A stretch of 32,000 nt of DNA from Pyrodictium delaneyi. GTDB lineage: Archaea; Thermoproteota; Thermoprotei_A; Sulfolobales; Pyrodictiaceae. Position 1 is the stretch's first letter; each line of letters begins with the position of its first letter. The stretch covers positions 270,001 through 302,000 of the forward strand of contig NZ_CP013011.1 in assembly GCF_001412615.1 (NCBI RefSeq). The letters are read 5' to 3'. Below, piece by piece: positions 9,224-16,177 of this stretch. Made by a program: the position numbers and the translations under genes. The notes beneath the pieces are model-generated. The model worked only from the letters and a program-made list of their open reading frames with translations, ran no database searches and was not told the DNA's origin.

Positions 9224-9500
9224 TGCCCCAGAACCCAGAGCAGCAGAGAAACTCTGCTAGAGCCCCAATAACGCTCCAGCATCTGAAACGCTGCAACGCT
9301 CCAGTGAGGAATGTGGATGCCGCGTCGGATAGCTGTCTATAGCTGTAATCCTCTACCGCTACCAAGGTAGGTTGCTGGGGGCGATACAGAGAGCCTCGGA
9401 GACCAGAACCCATTAACCCGAGTCCTATAGGGGCGTGAGTCTACCTAATGGTATACCGACAAGTCTTATTACATGGTATACCCTCTGCTCTGTGTCGCGG

Positions 9501-9740
9501 GTGTTTGCACTGAGCGTAGTCAGCTTCAAAGTGAGAAAGGAGATCAAAGAGAAGATGGAGAAGTATAGGGATAGAGTCAACTGGCCTGAGGAGCTTAGAA
9601 AATTCGTCGAGGAGAAGATTAGGCAGCTAGAAGCCGAGGAGAATATGCAGAGAATTATTGAGGAGCTCGAGAAGATACCAGTCCAGACACCCTCCGGCTT
9701 CTCGAAGGACTCTGTGAGGGAGGACCGTGATAGCGGTTGA
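9501..9740 (+). CDS. vapB: VapB-type antitoxin (small charged helical protein)
   Basis: It is Lys/Glu-rich (VVSFKVRKEIKEKMEKYRDRVNWPEELRKFVEEKIRQLE). Its stop overlaps the downstream PIN gene start by 14 nt. The GTG at 9501 is preferred to the GTG at 9435. Confidence 0.55.
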   Translation: MFALSVVSFKVRKEIKEKMEKYRDRVNWPEELRKFVEEKIRQLEAEENMQRIIEELEKIPVQTPSGFSKDSVREDRDSG

Positions 9741-10128
9741 CGCTTCTGCACTCTCAGCCTTCATACTAAAAGAACCCGGATGGAAGAAACTCGCCCTATA
9801 CCTCGTCAACGCTGTATCCGTCGACCACATAATCAAGGAGGTTACTAACGCTATCTGGAAAGCGTGTGCAGTTAAGAAGATAATAAGCGAGACAGACGCA
9901 GTAAAGCTCTACAAGATACTCGACAGCATGATAAACGTGAACATCGTTATAGAGCCCGAGGAAAAGTACGTCGAGAAAGCATTGAGGATAGCACTCGGGC
10001 ATAGGATAACCGTCTACGATGCCCTATACCTAGCCCTGGCTAGGGAGAAGAACCTGCCGCTACTAACACTCGACGAGAAGCAAAGCAGCGTAGCCAAAGA
10101 GCTAGGCATAGAAGTGATTCATACCTAG
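9727..10128 (+). CDS. vapC: PIN-domain ribonuclease (VapC toxin)
   Basis: It has MIAVDASAL at the N-terminus and VYDALYLALA and LLTLDEKQ motifs. It is 133 aa and overlaps the upstream antitoxin ORF. Confidence 0.8.
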   Translation: MIAVDASALSAFILKEPGWKKLALYLVNAVSVDHIIKEVTNAIWKACAVKKIISETDAVKLYKILDSMINVNIVIEPEEKYVEKALRIALGHRITVYDALYLALAREKNLPLLTLDEKQSSVAKELGIEVIHT

Positions 10129-10765
10129 GATTCAAGGAGGCCCTAACAGACCTGATAATATCTCAAGGCCGGCATAATCATCACCAGCCTCTGGAACCTC
10201 AACATTCATGAACCGACGATGCTAAAGCTCTTCAAGAGCTGTGCCCACTCATCGTGGCCGTAACCCTTCTCGTAGGCTAGAACTCTGAAGCCTCCGGCTC
10301 CGGAGGCTTGGGACCTATAAGCAATGTTTCCGATGGAAACTATTAGCTGGAAACACTATGCAATAATGGTAATCAAGCAAGATTCTACTTCATGATAATA
10401 TGGAAACACACCTTGTAGTCGATGTTGAGGGCGCTGAAGTATATTGAGGAGGTGTAAAGGCGTCCTAGGCCTAGTAGACCAAAAGCTCGCCGAGAAGGCA
10501 GTAAGGGCTGAATCTCTTTGATCCACATAGGCTCGAATACGCTAGTCTACCTTCTACATGGTGTGAAACTACAGTCTGATCCCCGTAGAGAGTATCTTGG
10601 CTGAAGGAGACCTAGTCTATGCCAACATTAGGGCTATAGAGGAAGCCACTCTGCTACGTTGATGCCAAGGATCCGATTTTCTTAGAATAAATTAAATTGA
10701 TAAATTTCTCTGAAAAGCCTTATAAAAAGAGGATGACACCGGTTATGGCTGTTAATAGGTGATTT

Positions 10766-11567
10766 ATGTGCTCCGAGACGAGGAAGCGTTCAGGAAAGAT
10801 ATCCTCTCGAAAAATCCCGCCCCGGAACGAGCCCCCGCTTCCTCCTAATTGGCTTCATGTCGAGATGCTTGAGCGCTTCCGCGTCCTCAAATTCGCCCCT
10901 CTGGAGGAGGAAATGAACGTCCTCGAGATAGGCTGTGGTCCCCACGCGTTGGCAACGGTTCCACTAGCTTACCTCGTAGGCGAAACTGGCCGAGTAGTTG
11001 CGGTCGATAAAGCAAGATGGCGTTTCTTCGAGGAGATAACCGCAGCAGCCGGCGTCAGGCACAGGATAATCCCATTAAAGCTTGATGCAAGGGAGCTCCC
11101 GTTTCCCTTCAAGACTTTCGATTTAGCCGTTCTCGTCCACAGGATAAGGAGCTTGAAAACGAGGAAACCATAGTCAAGGTAATCTCGGAAATGCTCCGCG
11201 TCTCGGAAATGGTCTTCATAGCGGAGAGCCTCCCGATAGCAAGGAATGAGCGACAGAAAGCCCACCTAGAGTTCTACAACCTACGCGAGGAAATCTTCGA
11301 GGCCTTATATGGAGAAAAGATGATCTCCACCACTTCCCGATGGAGAAGCTCAGGGAGCTTATAGAGAATACAGGCGGGAGGATCGTTGAGAGCAGAGTCT
11401 TTGAGCCCAAGCTGCCACACTACCTAGCCTATATTCCAAGGAGGTATGTAGAGAAAATAAGAGACGAAGCCAAGAGGAAGGACCTCTTAAGAAGATGGGA
11501 TAAAGCTTACGAGAAATGGAAGAACGGAGCAGAGCATCCTCCTGTGGCCTGCTTTCTTGTGAAGTAA
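10766..11567 (+). pseudogene. Class I SAM-dependent methyltransferase, disrupted by at least two frameshifts
   Basis: Motif I VLEIGCGPH...VVAVD lies in the 10766-11173 frame. The sequence continues sensibly in another frame from 11161 (EETIVKVISEMLRVSEMVFIAESLPIARNERQKAHLEFYNLREEIFEALYGEK). It continues again in the 11340-11567 frame (DDLHHFPMEKLRELIENTGGRIVE...). The shifts fall near short A-runs at about 11153-11158 and 11313-11322. Confidence 0.6.
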
Positions 11568-11884
11568 TCCTTCGCCCAGCAAGTGAAAGTAAGGCGCTTA
11601 TAATGAGCACACATATTGTGTAAGAATATCCTCGCCCTTAAGCCCCTATAGTGGATCCTCACGAGTTCAGAAAAATTATGTAAAGATAGACGGTAAATCC
11701 TTACATACTCTCTGAAATCGTCAGAGTCACCAATTGAAATACCCACTAGGTACTCTATAATGCGTATAGAGGGTTAAGATCAACAACATAGAGATTATAA
11801 GAACATCATAACTTAAATACACTTACATTTGCGGATTAATTAGCAGTAATTGAATGATAGCTTATTCATATGATGTATATGACA

Positions 11885-11958
11885 AGGTCTGCCGGGACTT
11901 GAACCTGGAATCACCGGCTTGGGAGGCCGGCGCCTTGTCCTGGCTAGGCTCTAGCTCT
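11885..11958 (-). pseudogene. tRNA-Gly(CCC)-like remnant (D, anticodon and T arms fold; acceptor stem does not)
   Basis: Minus-strand read: D arm GCCT-AGCCAGGACA-AGGC, anticodon arm CCGGC-CTCCCAA-GCCGG (anticodon CCC at 11921-11923), variable TGATT, T arm CCAGG-TTCAAGT-CCCGG (one A:C mismatch). Only 4 of 7 acceptor positions pair. The 5' part overlaps the permease stop codon. Confidence 0.45.
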
Positions 11959-13539
11959 TGCTATGTATTTGGCGGCTGTTGCGGCTAGGCCTATGGCTGC
12001 TAGGCTCATGGCTTCTAGGATGAGTGCTGCTAGGCAGGCTTCGTGGAAGAACCTGCCACTGCCGAGCATGTTGTAGACTAGGACTGTTAGGCTCCAGGTG
12101 CTGGGGATTGAGACGACTATGCTTGCGCCGAACTCTCCCAGGCTGGCGGCTGCGGCTAGCCCTGCGGCGAGGACCGTGAGGGGTGCTGTGGCTGCTAGTA
12201 GGTGGCGGATGAGCCTGGCTCCGCGGAGCCCGAGGAGGAGCATGGTGTCGCCGACTTCGCGCTGGAGCCGGGCCCAGGCCTCCGCCATGACCCGGCTGGC
12301 TAGGGGGAGGCCGGCAGCTGTGTGGGCTAGGAGTATGAGTAGCCTGGAGGCTGTGTCGCCGCCGAGGAGGCCTGCTAGGGGCCGGTAGTAGGCGAGGCTA
12401 GCAGCGACACCGTAGGCTACGGGGGCCACGGCTATGAGCGAGAGAGCTGCCACGGCTAGGCCGCCCTCGGCAGCCGTGAGCCCGAGGACTAGGGCCAGCG
12501 TGGTGGAGGCGGCTGCGTAGAGTAGGCTGTTAGCCACGGCGCCGAGTAGCCCTGGGCCCCGCTCCGCGTAGGCCAGGAGCCTCCCGGGGTCCGCGTCTAG
12601 CGCCTGGAGCGCGAGGCCAGCCACGGGCGCGTAGAGGTAGCCCAGCAGCACAGCTACATAGGCGAGGGCTAGGAGCCTCCAGGCGCCACGCAGCTCTAGC
12701 ACGCCCTCGCCCCGGGCAGCTAGCGGCGACGAGACTAGGCCCCTGGACAGGCGTAGAACCAGCCACGCCGCTAGGGCAGCTAGCGCCAGCTCCGCGAGGG
12801 CGAGCACTGGTACGAGCCCGATGAGCCCCGGGAACCCGCGGTACAGGGTGTAGAGCCAGGCCTCGAGCGTGTAGTAGCGGTAGGCTGCGCCCTGGACGAG
12901 GAGCGGGGCGGCGCTCGTGAAGGAGTAGAGGAATGCCAGGCTCCAGGCGTAGGCCGCGGCGCGCCGGGTGAGGGGGATGAGCACCCGGAGCCATAGACGG
13001 GGCCCCCGTAGCCCTAGTACACGGGCGTGCTCGACTACGCTCCTCTCGGTCGAGCCCGCAGCGGCCGCGGTCATGGCGGCTGCTAGGCCTATGTTGAAGT
13101 AGCTGTGTAGCGCTAGTACCCCCGTCCAGCCCTCAGCCAAGGCGTGGAGCATGGGGGCCTTCTCGCCTAGCAGGCCGCCCTCGCCGTAGACCGCGCGGAG
13201 CCCCAGAGCCACCGCGGCGACCGGGGACATGAAGGGCGCCAGGCTTGCCGCCACGGCGGCGCGGGCGGCGGGGAGCCAGTAGAACCCGGCGAGCACGCCA
13301 AGAGGCCAGCCCAGGGCCACTGCGATGGACGCGCTCGCGGCGGCCTGGCCGATGGTCCAGGCTAGGACGCGCGGGAGGCTGAAGGGTGGAGCCCCGCCTG
13401 GGGGCCAGAAAAGAGCCAGGGCCACGGCTATGGGGAGCGTGTAGAGCAGCGCTATGAGCCACGCTGCCGCCTCTAGCGCGCGGCCGAGGCCCCCGAGGAG
13501 CCTTAGCCGCTCATCACGCTTAGCCAGTCGCGGAGCCAC
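11944..13539 (-). CDS. ABC transporter permease, duplicated two-module type (ThiP/FbpB-like)
   Basis: It is 531 aa, very hydrophobic with many predicted TM segments, and matches the size of double-domain ThiP-type permeases. It overlaps the upstream binding-protein gene. Confidence 0.72.
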   Translation of the reverse strand: MAPRLAKRDERLRLLGGLGRALEAAAWLIALLYTLPIAVALALFWPPGGAPPFSLPRVLAWTIGQAAASASIAVALGWPLGVLAGFYWLPAARAAVAASLAPFMSPVAAVALGLRAVYGEGGLLGEKAPMLHALAEGWTGVLALHSYFNIGLAAAMTAAAAGSTERSVVEHARVLGLRGPRLWLRVLIPLTRRAAAYAWSLAFLYSFTSAAPLLVQGAAYRYYTLEAWLYTLYRGFPGLIGLVPVLALAELALAALAAWLVLRLSRGLVSSPLAARGEGVLELRGAWRLLALAYVAVLLGYLYAPVAGLALQALDADPGRLLAYAERGPGLLGAVANSLLYAAASTTLALVLGLTAAEGGLAVAALSLIAVAPVAYGVAASLAYYRPLAGLLGGDTASRLLILLAHTAAGLPLASRVMAEAWARLQREVGDTMLLLGLRGARLIRHLLAATAPLTVLAAGLAAAASLGEFGASIVVSIPSTWSLTVLVYNMLGSGRFFHEACLAALILEAMSLAAIGLAATAAKYIARARA

Positions 13540-14816
13540 TTCTCAAGCTCCCCTGCGACCCTGCTGCCGGGGAGCAGCTTGTTCCCGAGCTTATCAACGC
13601 TGTCTACGCCTAGAGCGTAGCGGTAGAAGCTCGGCAGCCCGGCCTCGCTGCTGGCGGGGAGCATCCACTGGCTAGTCGGTATCTCCTCCTGGACCTCCCT
13701 GCTCAGCAGCCAGTCCACGAACTTCTTGGCCTCCTCGAGGGGCGCGCCCTTGATTATCGCTGCGCCTTCTACCTGTAGCCAGCCTATCTTCTCGCCGCCC
13801 GCCACCAGCACGGTGGCTTCGACGCTCGGTTTCTCCTCTCCACCCTCCCGGGCGTTGTACCAGGCGCTATACGCCGGGTCGGTGCCATAGCTCACTACTA
13901 TGGCCCTGGGGCTGCCCTCGCGGAAGAACTCGTCGTAGGCGTCGCCCCAGCTCGCCGCCACCATTAGGCCGTTCTCCTTCATGGCCCGCCATAGGTCTCT
14001 CCAGTCCCGGTTCTCCAGCTCAGAGACCGCTACCGTGTAGAGGAGGAAGTTGAGCCCTGTACTACTCTGCGTCGGGTCCTCTGCTACTATCCGCGGTGCT
14101 AGTGCGACAAGCTCGTCTAGCGTGACGCCATCCCGGAGCATAGCCAGCTCGGTCTCGTTGAGCCGGCCCGGGTCGTAGACCAGCGCTATAAGCCCGTAGT
14201 CTACCGGTGTCGCGCAGCCCTCTGGGTCAAGCGCCTCTACCAGCTTCCCCGTTGCTAGCGGGGAGGCGTAGCACTCAACCAGGCCCTGCTTCTTCAGCTC
14301 GACGAGGAGCACTGGGTCCACGCCTATAACCACGTCAGCGGTCTCCATCCCGGCGCGGCTCTCAGCTATCACCTGGGTAACCATGTTGCGGGCTCCGTCG
14401 AACCGCCGCAGCTCGACAACGATCCCGGTCTCCCTGGTGAAGTTCTCCACAAGCTTGTCGAACAGCTCCGGGTCCTCGCCCCACGCCATGAAGTCCTCGT
14501 ACACGTAGACCACTAGCTTCTTCCCAGCCTGGGCAGCCGAGGTGGTGTGTGTACTGGCCTCAGTCTCTCTAGCCGCCTCCACCTCCGTCTCCATGGCCGA
14601 GTGCTCTGCCTCGTGCTCCTCCTCAGTGGCCGTAGCAGTATGTGTAGCTGCTACCGTGTGCCCGGCAGTATGCCCCGTAGCCGTAGCAGTAGCCGTCGCC
14701 TCCCCCGCCGCCGGCGACGGGGCTCCACTCTTCTCCTGCGCCACCAGATACGATGCTGCAACGAGCACCGCTATAATCGCGACGCCCACCAGGAAGTATA
14801 CACCGCGCTGCGCCAA
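13503..14816 (-). CDS. ABC transporter substrate-binding protein (thiamine/Fe3+ TbpA-ThiB-like), membrane-anchored with His/Thr/Ala/Glu-rich linker
   Basis: It has an N-terminal TM anchor (VYFLVGVAIIAVLVAASYLVA). The core begins KKLVVYVYEDFMAWGEDPE...ADVVIGVDPVLL, resembling the TbpA pattern (VYTYDSF...ADVVLGLD) recalled from memory. Confidence 0.65.
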   Translation of the reverse strand: MAQRGVYFLVGVAIIAVLVAASYLVAQEKSGAPSPAAGEATATATATGHTAGHTVAATHTATATEEEHEAEHSAMETEVEAARETEASTHTTSAAQAGKKLVVYVYEDFMAWGEDPELFDKLVENFTRETGIVVELRRFDGARNMVTQVIAESRAGMETADVVIGVDPVLLVELKKQGLVECYASPLATGKLVEALDPEGCATPVDYGLIALVYDPGRLNETELAMLRDGVTLDELVALAPRIVAEDPTQSSTGLNFLLYTVAVSELENRDWRDLWRAMKENGLMVAASWGDAYDEFFREGSPRAIVVSYGTDPAYSAWYNAREGGEEKPSVEATVLVAGGEKIGWLQVEGAAIIKGAPLEEAKKFVDWLLSREVQEEIPTSQWMLPASSEAGLPSFYRYALGVDSVDKLGNKLLPGSRVAGELEKWLRDWLSVMSG

Positions 14817-14985
14817 GACCAGCCATACACCCCCGTGAAAGAGCTTCTACCCAGGAGACCAGGCCCATCACCGGCCCCCTTTTCAAAACTACGATAACAG
14901 GGTTATAGGGCATGGCACTGTTACAACACCAAGGAGGCCGGGCAAACACGAACCCAAGCACCGTATTTATGCCCAGGCCCCTATT

Positions 14986-15864
14986 GTGTCACCCACAGCT
15001 CCCCCGGGAGGGCTGCCCAGCACCTTGACAATAGAGACAATCTTCTACGTAGCCCACGTAGTCTTCCGTCCACTCCGCCGCGTACGGCTCACAGCATGGA
15101 GCGGTGTCTACGCGGGCCGCACAGTCTACGAGAGCCTCAATAGAGCCGGCATAGTCCTCGACAAAGGCGGGCTCTTCCGCGTCTCCCCCATATACCCCCA
15201 GGGCTCCACAGCCCCCGTCGGCGGCTACCTGGCGCCCGGCGAGCCGTACTGGTTCCGCGCCGTCTTCTGGGGCTCACCCGGCATAGCTACAGCCCAGCAG
15301 CTAGCCACCGGGTTCATGGCTGGCCTCGGGCTCTGGACACAGGAGCTACAGGTAGAGGAGCTACGCATCGAGGAGAAGAGGCTCAAACTACCACACCCCG
15401 ACACCCAGGGCGAAGGAGAACCCATAGCAGCGCTCATAGAGGTACGCCACGGCCCAACATTCTACCGGTTCCACGGCGCAGTCGTAGCCTACCCGAGCCC
15501 CTGGAGGCTGGTCGCAAGCATAGCCCGCAGACTCAGCACAGCCACCGGGATAGACTACCGGCCCCTAGCCCGCCGCCTCCAGCCATGCCTAGAGCTAGCA
15601 GTAGACCGAACGAGACGGATACGGATACGCATAAGCCACGGAGCCGAACCCCCAGTATTCCACGGCCAAGCAGCATACCACGCAGCCTGCCCCAGAGCCC
15701 TCGCCGAAGCACTACACCAGCTACTAGAAGCAGGACTCTACACCGGCGCCGGAGCAAGCCCAGGCCTAGGCCTAGGCGAAATACACCAAGTCAAGATAGA
15801 GAAGCCCCGCCACCGGATACCACCTCCGCTCGAGCCATGGATCGAAGAAAAGGAAAGCAACTAG
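14986..15864 (+). CDS. cas6: Cas6 CRISPR repeat endoribonuclease
   Basis: It lies directly upstream of the leader. It has RAMP-like features, a PSPWRLVASIARRL segment and a C-terminal glycine-rich loop GAGASPGLGLGE. The start is uncertain (GTG at 14986 or TTG at 15025). Confidence 0.65.
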   Translation: MSPTAPPGGLPSTLTIETIFYVAHVVFRPLRRVRLTAWSGVYAGRTVYESLNRAGIVLDKGGLFRVSPIYPQGSTAPVGGYLAPGEPYWFRAVFWGSPGIATAQQLATGFMAGLGLWTQELQVEELRIEEKRLKLPHPDTQGEGEPIAALIEVRHGPTFYRFHGAVVAYPSPWRLVASIARRLSTATGIDYRPLARRLQPCLELAVDRTRRIRIRISHGAEPPVFHGQAAYHAACPRALAEALHQLLEAGLYTGAGASPGLGLGEIHQVKIEKPRHRIPPPLEPWIEEKESN

Positions 15865-16177
15865 CCAGAGCAGGCAATGACGACACAACATTAACGCTAT
15901 TCTCTCCCAGCTTTTGTCTGCTGTGTCGATTCTCTGTTCTGGGGTGTTTTGGATCTGGTTTCAACTCTATGGGGACACGTAATTAGTGGATTTGAAAGTG
16001 TTCTTGGGAACACGCCTACACCCTTATAAGTCTTCATGGGAACACACTTCACGGAGACACAGTGCCCGACGGTAACGGAATTGAGACTGTTCCCAAGAAG
16101 AAGAAAACAAATAAATACAGGAACCATAGAATCCTACACCACCAGAACCCAACAAGAAACCATACATTCCACACAAA
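15865..16177 (+). promoter_or_regulatory. CRISPR leader
   Basis: This AT-richer non-coding stretch lies between the cas6 stop and the first repeat. It contains TATA-like elements (CTTATAAG at 16023-16030; AAATAAATA at about 16108-16117) and repeated GGGAACAC motifs. Confidence 0.6.

Noticed and set aside
12098-13462. Antisense and alternative-frame ORFs inside the ABC permease gene (12098-12388 +, 12530-12994 -, 13133-13462 -).
   Set aside because: Their Arg/Pro/Gly/Ala-rich composition is typical of shadow ORFs in GC-rich DNA. They lie entirely within a long, coherent hydrophobic permease ORF.
15585-15986. 133-aa alternative-frame ORF overlapping the cas6 3' end and running into the leader.
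   Set aside because: Its low-complexity Arg/Pro/Ser/Thr translation overlaps the Cas6 glycine-rich loop region in another frame.
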